Shown here piece by piece: positions 39,691 through 48,727 of a stretch of DNA of 64,000 nt (its first letter is position 1; each line of letters starts with the position of its first letter). The notes under the pieces are model-generated. The model did no database searches. It was not told the origin of the DNA and saw only the letters and a program-made list of their open reading frames with translations. Source of the DNA: Pseudomonadota bacterium. Lineage in GTDB: Bacteria > Campylobacterota > Campylobacteria > Campylobacterales > Sulfurimonadaceae. The position numbers and the translations under genes are program-made. The DNA is taken from positions 96,001 to 160,000 of the forward strand of contig JAZDQA010000006.1 of NCBI GenBank assembly GCA_043797085.1. The letters run 5' to 3'.

Positions 39691-40743
39691 ATGGGTATAG
39701 GTGATGTTGTCAGAGGTACTGTAAATTTTGTATCAGGTGGTTATCTTGACAGACAAAAAGCAAATGAAATCAAAGAGCATGCGGACTGGAAGAGAGAGTC
39801 TACAATAGATGAACTTGAAATTACGAAGGAAGAAACTAATCAAAATATACTTGAACTTGGCTCGTTAAAACAAAATGTATATCAACAGTCAATAAATGAT
39901 TTTGTAAAACATTATGAAATCATTGGAAAAGTTGATTTAAAACCACTAAAGGAAAGTAAATTTCTTGATTATGAGAACTTTCAAGCAGATCTTGTCGAAA
40001 TGAAAGTTGTTACTGCTACTCTTAAAGAGTTAGGAACTGTTGTTGGAGGGGGAGCATTAATTGGAGCTTCTGCTGCATTGGGTGCTATGGGAACAGTCGC
40101 TTTAATTGGTACAGCATCAACGGGCACTGCAATAGGGACTTTATCAGGTGTTGCAGCAACAAATGCAACTCTTGCTTGGCTTGGTGGTGGTACTATAAGC
40201 GCTGGAGGATTAGGAGTAACAGGAGGCATGGTTGTTTTAGGTGGAATTGCACTTGCTCCCGTGGCACTTTTTGGAATGTTTTTAGGAGCAAATAAGGGAA
40301 AAGAAATTTTAAATGAAGCATATAATTATCATGACGAAATTCAAGTAATGATTGAAAAAATGACGACTTTGATAGCGGAACTTTCCCAAATCAGAAGAGG
40401 ATGTGATTTAATGTCTAAAAGCATTCAAGGGCTAGATGCATTATTGAAAAGATATAATCTTGAAATGGGAAAAATAGTTTATAGGCTCGAACATAGATCA
40501 ATATTATCAAAAAAATTTATAGATCCTATCAAAAATAAAATTTTTAATATTTCCATTCTTACAAATAATGAAGCTATGATATTTGCAACAGCCGCAAATA
40601 TATCTGCCATGCTAAGTGAAATAATTAGGATGCCGTTAATGAATCAAGAAGGTGCATTTATCAACCAAAGCATCGAAGAATTAGAAAAAATGCAGCCTCA
40701 AGTAGAAGCTCTTAATTCAGCAACAAAAATGAGCGATTTATGA
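39691..40743 (+). CDS. coiled-coil protein with long glycine-zipper hydrophobic hairpin
   Basis: GTASTGTAIGTLSGVAATNATLAWLGGG..AGGLGVTGG flanked by helical regions. Confidence 0.8.
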   Translation: MGIGDVVRGTVNFVSGGYLDRQKANEIKEHADWKRESTIDELEITKEETNQNILELGSLKQNVYQQSINDFVKHYEIIGKVDLKPLKESKFLDYENFQADLVEMKVVTATLKELGTVVGGGALIGASAALGAMGTVALIGTASTGTAIGTLSGVAATNATLAWLGGGTISAGGLGVTGGMVVLGGIALAPVALFGMFLGANKGKEILNEAYNYHDEIQVMIEKMTTLIAELSQIRRGCDLMSKSIQGLDALLKRYNLEMGKIVYRLEHRSILSKKFIDPIKNKIFNISILTNNEAMIFATAANISAMLSEIIRMPLMNQEGAFINQSIEELEKMQPQVEALNSATKMSDL

Positions 40744-42254
40744 TGTTTTTAGGAAATAGCAAAAAGCAAAAGGAGTTTAATACTGAAGTAAACTTAGCAA
40801 TATGCATAGAATTAGAACGATTCGGATTTGCAAATGCTGAACATTTTAAAAGTTATGCCGATCTGAGCAAAGTAGCAGAAAGTAAAATTAATCCTCAATA
40901 TGCTGACAATAATTATCATCAACAATCAGGTTTTTCTGCTGAAATTAAAACTGAAGCACGAATAAATGCTGAAAATATAATAAACGATAGTGACAAAAGA
41001 ATAAAGAGGACTGACAAGATAGGCAACGTAAATCATCCTAAATTTGATCATGTTGACGTGGATAAAAATGGAAATCCTATATTAAATAATGATGGTACTT
41101 TCAAAGGTGGTTCACAGCAAAAAGTACATATTAATATTGAAACATACGATAAGTATTCAAAGCCAGAATTGTATGAAAAATATCAAGGTGCACCGATTGA
41201 TGTTCCAACAAATCAACTTGAAGAAATCAAACAACGATATGCAAATACAATTGAAAACCTACAACAACAAGAGGCTAAATTAAGACAATCTGGTAAAATA
41301 GAATTAGCTAATGAAAAAAATGCAGAAATCACAAGGGCAAAAGATGTAAGAAATAGATTTAGAGATTCAAAGGTAAGTACGGATGAAGCTATGGAAGCGA
41401 GAAAAAATCCAGCGTTAAGTGTTGGCAAAGACATAGCTGACATATCTCACAAAGCTGGTGTTGAAGCATCTAAAATGGGCGCTAGTATTGGGGGTGGACT
41501 TAGTCTTTTGAAAAATATTTTTTTAGTTATAAAAGGCGAAAGTGATACATATAATGCAACAAAAAATGTTATTATTGACACTGGAAAATCCGCAGCAGTT
41601 AGTTATGCCACTGGTGCATCAAGTAGCGCGATTCAAGGTGCACTAAAAGCATCAGGTAGTCAAATCACTCAAAATCTAGCAAAAGGCAATACACCTACGC
41701 TGATTATACAAACTAGCATCATCATAGTTCAATACACTAAAAAATTAGTTGCTGGTAAAATTACGCCACTTGAATTTGCTAAGCATATGGGTCAAGAAAG
41801 TACAACTTTAGCTACATCTATTACTGGTGCAAATTTAGGCGCAATCGTAGGAACCTTAATAGTACCTGGAGTTGGTACAATTGTAGGTGGGGTAATAGGT
41901 GGAATGGTGGCTTCTATAATGAGTAGCGCCGTATATTCAGAATTACAAAAGTCTATTCATGATTTAGAATTATCTAATCAGCAAAGAGAAATGATTAGAC
42001 AATATTGTCAAAGTTTAATTAAGCAAGAAAAAGAATACAGAGAATATACCATGTCGATATTTGACAAATATTTTGATAATAAAGAATTTGAAATCAGAAA
42101 TGGTTTTGAAAATGTAAGTTTAGCCTTTCAAAATGGTACAGATATTAATCAAGGATTGTCAATGATAGGTCAAGCTTTTAATATTAACCTACAATTTGAT
42201 AATGCACAAGGGTTTAAAAATTTTGTGAAAAGTGATCAGGTATTACGATTATAA
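40740..42254 (+). CDS. glycine-zipper membrane protein with possible N-terminal PD-(D/E)xK-like domain
   Basis: GFSAE...D...QQK pattern; C-terminal GAIVGTLIVPGVGTIVGGVIGG. Confidence 0.75.
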   Translation: MMFLGNSKKQKEFNTEVNLAICIELERFGFANAEHFKSYADLSKVAESKINPQYADNNYHQQSGFSAEIKTEARINAENIINDSDKRIKRTDKIGNVNHPKFDHVDVDKNGNPILNNDGTFKGGSQQKVHINIETYDKYSKPELYEKYQGAPIDVPTNQLEEIKQRYANTIENLQQQEAKLRQSGKIELANEKNAEITRAKDVRNRFRDSKVSTDEAMEARKNPALSVGKDIADISHKAGVEASKMGASIGGGLSLLKNIFLVIKGESDTYNATKNVIIDTGKSAAVSYATGASSSAIQGALKASGSQITQNLAKGNTPTLIIQTSIIIVQYTKKLVAGKITPLEFAKHMGQESTTLATSITGANLGAIVGTLIVPGVGTIVGGVIGGMVASIMSSAVYSELQKSIHDLELSNQQREMIRQYCQSLIKQEKEYREYTMSIFDKYFDNKEFEIRNGFENVSLAFQNGTDINQGLSMIGQAFNINLQFDNAQGFKNFVKSDQVLRL

Positions 42255-42589
42255 ATATTTTACATCTAAATGAGTATGGAATATATTGTTAGTGTAGTCA
42301 TATTCAATTTGGGCGAATCAAAAAAAATACTTATCCCTCTTTTTATTCACTACTACATCTCTTAGAGCGATACTGATCACATTGGCACGGACGATCTCAC
42401 ACGCTCATAGCAGTGTGGGTTTGTCGTAAGCCGCTTCGCTTTGGATTTTTTTGGATCGCGTTAATTTGGGATACATCAGTACATCTGAACTGGGAATCAC
42501 CAGTGAATTCGTAAGATTATTGTGTGCTCTTATAGGAATTTATATCGGGTTATACATAGGAAAAATGACGTTGGATAGGGAAGATTAAA

Positions 42590-43828
42590 ATGAGCACAAT
42601 AAATATCGCAGTCGATAAAAATAAAGAGTTACAACGAATGAAAACTTTCGCATTAACAGTGCTTGCAATCGCTTTTGTGGGTTATGTGATGGGGATGTAC
42701 TTCCATATCGGAGCGCTAAAAGCATTTAGCGAAGCGGCAATGGTCGGGGGGATAGCCGATTGGTTTGCCGTAGTAGCACTTTTTCGTCATCCAATGGGAA
42801 TCAAGCAAATTCCACATACAGCCATTATTCCAAATAGCAAAAGTAAAATTGCTGACAATCTCGGACTCTTTATTCAAAACGAATTCATCAGTAAAATCGG
42901 GCTACGTGATTTAGTCGATCGACACGATCCTGCTCTCAAGATCGCTCATTATCTATCCAACGAATCAAATGCAAACATGATCGCTGACAAGATTACAAAA
43001 GCAATTCCTCCACTTTTAAAGCTTATCAACGACGAGAGTGTTAGTCGGTTTGTCTCGCATCAGCTATCCACGCATTTAGAAAAAACCGATTTATCTCCTA
43101 TATTGGCTCAAACTTTGGATATATTAACTAAAGATGGACGTCACCATGAAATCATAAATAATATGATCCCATCCTTGAAATCCTTGCTAAACGACTATAA
43201 ACCTACAATGCATAACATAATAAAAAGTGAAGTGGGAGTTTTTAAATATTTTGGTGCTGATACAATAATCTTGAATAAAATTTATAACGGAATTGAGTTG
43301 TTATTGCATGAGATTGAAAATCAACCTAATCATTCATTCTACCAAAAACTCGATGAAATAGTTGACCATTTAGTCCTCAATTTAAAAACATCTTCTGAAT
43401 TACAGGCAAAAGTAAACGCTATTAAATATGATCTTATGCATAATAAAACATTACAAAACTATTTAGGAGGTATAGGCGCTGAGATTAAAGCGATGATTAC
43501 TCATGACCTTTCTCAGCCTGATTCCCAAATAGCAAGCCACATCAAAAATGGAATTATTTCATTTGCAATACAACTTGAAGAAGATCAAGAACTGTCACGC
43601 AAATTCAATATCCTAATTAAAAAGGATATTGTCAATATTGTCGAACAGAATAAACATTTTATTGGCGACTTCATCCGAAATACGGTAGAAGAATGGGATG
43701 CGGAAGAGATGAGTCAGAAATTAGAGCTTGAAATTGGTCAAGATTTACAGTATATCCGCATCAACGGAGCGGTAGTCGGTGGGCTTGCAGGATTGGTCAT
43801 ATATTGGATAAGTCAGTTTGTATTTTAG
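42590..43828 (+). CDS. DUF445 family membrane protein
   Basis: EAAMVGGIADWFAVVALFRHP, HTAIIP, DLQYIRINGAVVGG. Confidence 0.9.
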   Translation: MSTINIAVDKNKELQRMKTFALTVLAIAFVGYVMGMYFHIGALKAFSEAAMVGGIADWFAVVALFRHPMGIKQIPHTAIIPNSKSKIADNLGLFIQNEFISKIGLRDLVDRHDPALKIAHYLSNESNANMIADKITKAIPPLLKLINDESVSRFVSHQLSTHLEKTDLSPILAQTLDILTKDGRHHEIINNMIPSLKSLLNDYKPTMHNIIKSEVGVFKYFGADTIILNKIYNGIELLLHEIENQPNHSFYQKLDEIVDHLVLNLKTSSELQAKVNAIKYDLMHNKTLQNYLGGIGAEIKAMITHDLSQPDSQIASHIKNGIISFAIQLEEDQELSRKFNILIKKDIVNIVEQNKHFIGDFIRNTVEEWDAEEMSQKLELEIGQDLQYIRINGAVVGGLAGLVIYWISQFVF

Positions 43829-43887
43829 AAAAATATCAATTCAAAGGGGTGATTAAGCCCTCTTGGGAGGGAAAGGAGAAAACTTCT

Positions 43888-44061
43888 CTAGTCTTCTCTC
43901 CCTTTCGTTTTTATCCTCACACTGTATCCTCTATTTTCTAGCAATACTTCAATCCGTTTAGTGGTTTCTTTTTGATCACTACTCTCTATATGAAAATTTT
44001 CACGGTTATTGATACACTTGATAACCTCTTCATCAGACAGATCTATAAATAATATTGGCAT
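43888..44061 (-). CDS. small hypothetical protein
   Basis: MPILFID... with AGAAGG RBS; start uncertain (ORF track gives 44094). Confidence 0.45.
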   Translation of the reverse strand: MPILFIDLSDEEVIKCINNRENFHIESSDQKETTKRIEVLLENRGYSVRIKTKGRED

Positions 44062-44127
44062 GCTATAACCTTCTCTGTAGCAATAGCTCCCCATAGGGTG
44101 TTGGTCAAAAAATCATATACCACTACA

Positions 44128-44156
44128 ATTTAACACAACCTTATAGGGTGTTAAAT
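44128..44156. promoter_or_regulatory. 9-bp inverted repeat ATTTAACAC-N11-GTGTTAAAT just before the XRE gene
   Basis: Perfect inverted repeat between divergent small genes. Confidence 0.55.
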
Positions 44157-44160
44157 AAAT

Positions 44161-44409
44161 ATGAAAATAATTGATTTTGAGAATGGCAATTTAGAAAGCT
44201 TCTATAAATTAGTAAGCACAAACGTCGTTCGGATTAGACAAGAAAAAAAGATTTCACAGCTTAAATTGGCTAATGCTATTGGACACCAAAACTCTACTTT
44301 CGTTGGCAAAGCAGAGTTATTGGCTGATAATAAGCATTTTAATTTAGAGCATCTGTATAAAATATCAGAAGTATTAGATGTCGATATTGCTGAGTTTTTT
44401 AAAAAGTAA
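44161..44409 (+). CDS. XRE-family HTH regulator
   Basis: RIRQEKKISQLKLA...LEHLYKISEVLDVDIAEFF. Confidence 0.85.
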   Translation: MKIIDFENGNLESFYKLVSTNVVRIRQEKKISQLKLANAIGHQNSTFVGKAELLADNKHFNLEHLYKISEVLDVDIAEFFKK

Positions 44410-44492
44410 ATATTCTTGGCAGAGCTTATGAGATTACATCACGCCGCCTGTTGTCCCAATTATATTACTGATTTGTACCATTTGCCAATTCT

Positions 44493-45152
44493 TTATTTTT
44501 TATCGGTTATCGCATCAAGTCCACGAATTGTAAATTTTCGAGAATACAATGGTGATTTATAGTGAACTTTTGTAACTTTTTCTGCTGAATCAATTAAATC
44601 TTTGATTGCATTGATAAGTCCTTCTTCTTTGTAGGCAATGGATTTCTCATTATTAAAAGAAATATCAGGGTTTTGTGTTACACACTCAACTTTGGAATGA
44701 TTAATTTCATCTAAATATGAGTAAAAAGCATCTTTAGGGATAATCAATCCAAATTCTCTCCAAGCATATTTTTTACCCCAATAATATCCATCATGTGCAG
44801 CATGAATAACTCTTTCATCGTTTTTTGCTTTGTTCACATCATGCTTTTCTTTAGCCAGTTGCAGAGAATAATGATAACTTAACGTTGGATTCACTTCAGA
44901 ATTTTTCGATAGACAAGATGGTTCAATTATTTTATTTCCAACTTCATCTTCATAATATCCAATATTATAACGTTCACCTTCCGTAACTTCAGGGATGCCA
45001 TTGGCTACAAATTGATAAATTGTTTCGGTAGTTGCAGGCTTAAAACTATGGTGAAACTTGCCGCCCCCAATAGGTTCAATTTTATAATCGCGAACTATAA
45101 GATCGTGAATTGTTTTTAACTCTCTTGATTTCATCTGATACCTTGCTGACAA
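44493..45152 (-). CDS. hypothetical protein
   Basis: 219-aa ORF, no recognised motif; start uncertain. Confidence 0.7.
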   Translation of the reverse strand: MSARYQMKSRELKTIHDLIVRDYKIEPIGGGKFHHSFKPATTETIYQFVANGIPEVTEGERYNIGYYEDEVGNKIIEPSCLSKNSEVNPTLSYHYSLQLAKEKHDVNKAKNDERVIHAAHDGYYWGKKYAWREFGLIIPKDAFYSYLDEINHSKVECVTQNPDISFNNEKSIAYKEEGLINAIKDLIDSAEKVTKVHYKSPLYSRKFTIRGLDAITDKK

Positions 45153-45265
45153 TAATATAACGCTTATTATATATAATAAATCAATAGTTGAATAGAATTA
45201 AAGAAATATTTTATGTCTAAATTTTTTTCTTTTCATTCTCATGTTATATGGACTTCTTTAACAAA

Positions 45266-47176
45266 TTATTTTTCTGTTAGTATAAAGTTTTTTTCTTTTT
45301 TATTAAATTTCAATTTAACAAACTCTTTATACTTATCTGGATATTTATTAATAGCTGTAGTCAAAATAAATTGGTAGTTGCCTATATTATCAGTTGGAGA
45401 ATTTTTTGAAAGCTCAAGTGCTTTATCTAATAAAATAATATTTTCAGTAATATCATCAATTCCAGCTTCTTCAGGTGTATCCATTAATAAAAAGTGAGGA
45501 TGTTTTATATTTTTATATTTTAGCCCCATTGCTAGTAGAGTAAAATAGTACATCATTCTTCTTGGCACACTAGCACTTTTTTCTCTATAGTCACCTCCAT
45601 CAACATAAGGGACGTAATCTTCATCAATTACAGCAATTTGAGCTTTTGCGGATGATAATTGCATCAATTTATTATAAATACTATTAAAGTTTTCAGTCAT
45701 TTTGGCATTGTTTTCATTGTATTTACTTTTCAATAAATTAAATGATTTAAAGATACTCTTATATGATGTGTCCGTACTGTTAAACTTCACCTCACGTTTT
45801 TCTTTTTCTCTATAGAGGTTAATTAACTGTTGAGATTTAAAGATATTTTCTTTTACCTTTGATATTTCAGCATTGATTCTGTCAATCAATTGTGTATTGC
45901 CGGAATATTCTATTGATTCAATTGCTGATTTAATCATAGAAGTTAATTCAAGTATTTGCTTGTCAATTTTATCTATATCTTCAGCCAGGGCTTCAATTTG
46001 AGTGTCATATGATGTTAAAGACAATTTAGTACTTTCTAAACTTTTGTATTTATGTTTTAGAATCTCTTGGTACTCATTTGAATTATATAAGAATTTTTCA
46101 TAATTTGTTTCGACTATTGTAGAACCACATAAACATTTTTTAGCTTCTTTTTCTATGCTGGATGCGCAGAATGGACAATATTCAAAGTCGAAAAGATTGA
46201 GTTTATCATTGGTAAATATACTTTTATTTATTGAATCAATTTCATTTTCTTGTATTGATAATAACCTTTGAATAGAGTCTCTTTCAATTTGAAGATTTTT
46301 TTTATATATTTTTTTCTGAGAGTTGTCTATCTCTAATTTGATTAGTTTTGCTTTTGTATCTTCTATATCTTTAAATTTATCACCTATGTGTGTATGTTCT
46401 TTTTGATAATCATTTCTATTCTTGACCAATTTTTCCATTTGTTGGAGTAAACTTGTTTCTTCTATTTCAACGTCTTTTAAGCTTGAGTTTAAATTTGGAT
46501 TTAATTTATTAAATTCATCTAGAGAAAATTGGGCTTCTTTTTTTTGTAATTTGGCTTCATTGAGCTCATTCATTTTTAGAAAATATTCGTCGGAAGAGGT
46601 TCCCATAAGGGTTTCAAAAATTGATTTTCTTATTATTGCAGAATCGGTAACAAAGTTGTCATTATTGGGTGTTTTAAATATTTTTCTAGGTTCAGTGTTT
46701 TGATCATAATTCAATAATCTAAAAAGGTCGTTAAAAGAGAAAAACCAATTTATTTCACCTAAACTCAATTCAAATCTTTTAATATCCAATTTGTCTAAAA
46801 GCCAATCTGAGAAGACAGTTTCTGCGCAATGTAGTCTTTTAATGCAAAATTTTTTTATTTTTCCATCTTTTAGTTCGAGGAAAATATCATTTTTACCAAT
46901 AAATCTTTTTAATTTATATTCAATATCATTTATTAATATAGTTAATTCAACAAAATTATTTTTATCATTTATGATTTTTTTATACTTTTCATGTTTATTA
47001 TTTGCATTAAAAACTGTTATCTCTCCACCCAATCCAAACTCTATAAAATAACTTAATGTACTCTTGCCAGAGCCGTTATCTCCTTCTATTATATTGATGC
47101 CATCTGTGAACAATGGGGATTCAAAAAAATATTTTTCTCCGCTATATTTGACTTGTTTTATTCTCAAATTTCCCAT
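45266..47176 (-). CDS. lmuB: SMC/Rad50-like ABC ATPase of Lamassu / ABC-three-component system
   Basis: Walker A GDNGSGKS, coiled coils with CPFC/CLCG zinc hook, KSAS signature, LLMDTP Walker B. Confidence 0.82.
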   Translation of the reverse strand: MGNLRIKQVKYSGEKYFFESPLFTDGINIIEGDNGSGKSTLSYFIEFGLGGEITVFNANNKHEKYKKIINDKNNFVELTILINDIEYKLKRFIGKNDIFLELKDGKIKKFCIKRLHCAETVFSDWLLDKLDIKRFELSLGEINWFFSFNDLFRLLNYDQNTEPRKIFKTPNNDNFVTDSAIIRKSIFETLMGTSSDEYFLKMNELNEAKLQKKEAQFSLDEFNKLNPNLNSSLKDVEIEETSLLQQMEKLVKNRNDYQKEHTHIGDKFKDIEDTKAKLIKLEIDNSQKKIYKKNLQIERDSIQRLLSIQENEIDSINKSIFTNDKLNLFDFEYCPFCASSIEKEAKKCLCGSTIVETNYEKFLYNSNEYQEILKHKYKSLESTKLSLTSYDTQIEALAEDIDKIDKQILELTSMIKSAIESIEYSGNTQLIDRINAEISKVKENIFKSQQLINLYREKEKREVKFNSTDTSYKSIFKSFNLLKSKYNENNAKMTENFNSIYNKLMQLSSAKAQIAVIDEDYVPYVDGGDYREKSASVPRRMMYYFTLLAMGLKYKNIKHPHFLLMDTPEEAGIDDITENIILLDKALELSKNSPTDNIGNYQFILTTAINKYPDKYKEFVKLKFNKKEKNFILTEK

Positions 47177-47667
47177 GTTAAGACTCCTCTGTCTGTAAAC
47201 AACTTATCTACCATTGTTTTAAGCTTTTGCTGTTTTTGTATACTGGCAAACTTCTTAATTTTTTTAATATTTTTAATTTCTTTTTTAAAATATTCTATGT
47301 CAAAAAAATCATTAGGTATTTTTTCTTTATAAATCCATATATCTAATGTTCTATGGACTGTATTTAACGATGCGTCTAAATAACCTTTATTTTTTAGTGT
47401 AATTATTAAATGTGATAACAATTTTTTTTTCAATTGAGCTCTTAAATATATATTACTTAATTCAATAGTTTGATAATCTTCTATATCAGTCATATTACTG
47501 ATAAATTCAATTAAATATGCTATTCGTCTAAAATCATGAAATCTATTAGTTTCACTGTTACAATCGAGCTCATTTAGAAGAAGTAAAAAATTATATGTTA
47601 AAAAGTTATAATCTTCTTTCTGAATGAACATCATTCTTTTTTTTGCTAATTGTTTGTCTTTACTCAT
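47164..47667 (-). CDS. lmuC: ABC-3C middle component (LmuC-like)
   Basis: Small gene overlapping both effector and ATPase genes; assigned by position and size. Confidence 0.6.
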   Translation of the reverse strand: MSKDKQLAKKRMMFIQKEDYNFLTYNFLLLLNELDCNSETNRFHDFRRIAYLIEFISNMTDIEDYQTIELSNIYLRAQLKKKLLSHLIITLKNKGYLDASLNTVHRTLDIWIYKEKIPNDFFDIEYFKKEIKNIKKIKKFASIQKQQKLKTMVDKLFTDRGVLTWEI

Positions 47668-48727
47668 ATATGCCCTCTTTGTCAAATGCTAGGTAACATT
47701 CGTCAATTAAGTCTAAAATGATTTTATATATTAAATCATCGCTAATTGAGGGATAGTAATTATCTTTTCTTTTATCTTCAATAATTTTCTTTGCTCTATT
47801 TGAATATTTTTCTAAAAATTCTTTTATTTCAGATAGTGATAATTCGACTTTGTTGCTATATGTTTCGTAAAACTCCATAAGTTCATCTTGGCAAGCTTCA
47901 AATATAATATATTTGATAGATGTAATTTCTCTTTCATTATAGACTGAAAGACTGACTCGACCTAAATTAAGTTCTCTGGAATATTTTTCTATTCTATAAT
48001 CGGGTATATTCTGGCAGACTGCTTTTAATTTATCTTTTAAATTCCTCAATCCGTCTGAAGGACTGATATTCATCCATGCTTCCGACGAATGAAAATCAAT
48101 TTTGTTATTTGAAGTGTCACTATCTAATGTTTTCACATTTATATTTATAGACTTTAATAAGTCCTGAAAATACTTTATAGATAGTCCATTTAATTCTTTA
48201 GCTGTTCCGGCTTCTGTTAGCTGAGAATTTATTATCCCCACAATATTTTCATCTACAATCAGTGGTGCTCCCGATAATCCTTCATAGCTACTTAATTTTT
48301 GTTCAATATGTAAATCTAGATCTATTTTACCTTTTTTTAAATTTTCAAATTGGTCGTTAATATAATTGTCCATATCAATAAGATTATCGCCAGTGTCTTG
48401 CTTACCTATAGGATATCCTCTTGAGATCCATTTCGTGTTTGCTGTAAGATCGTGATTTACGATATCAATTTTTTCATAAGGTATTGATTCTGGTAATTTT
48501 AAAAGTGCAATATCTAATTCTTTATACTTGTCATCAATAAGCTCATGCAATTCAGCATCATGTATCTTATTATTTAAACAGGTCACTTTTATTTCATTAC
48601 AATTATCTACAATATGATATACGGTAAGAATTAGGTTGTCGCTAATTAAGAAGCCTGTACCATGTTTATCATTGCCTGTTACTTTGCATACATTATTTTT
48701 TAATTTTGTTAAAAAAGTTCTGCTCAT
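47660..48727 (-). CDS. lmuA: trypsin-like serine protease fused to ABC-3C C-terminal domain (LmuA-type effector)
   Basis: GTGFLI, TVYH (His), DIALL (Asp), GLSGAP (Ser); C-terminal LKDKL...DLIDECYLAFD. Confidence 0.8.
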   Translation of the reverse strand: MSRTFLTKLKNNVCKVTGNDKHGTGFLISDNLILTVYHIVDNCNEIKVTCLNNKIHDAELHELIDDKYKELDIALLKLPESIPYEKIDIVNHDLTANTKWISRGYPIGKQDTGDNLIDMDNYINDQFENLKKGKIDLDLHIEQKLSSYEGLSGAPLIVDENIVGIINSQLTEAGTAKELNGLSIKYFQDLLKSININVKTLDSDTSNNKIDFHSSEAWMNISPSDGLRNLKDKLKAVCQNIPDYRIEKYSRELNLGRVSLSVYNEREITSIKYIIFEACQDELMEFYETYSNKVELSLSEIKEFLEKYSNRAKKIIEDKRKDNYYPSISDDLIYKIILDLIDECYLAFDKEGIYE

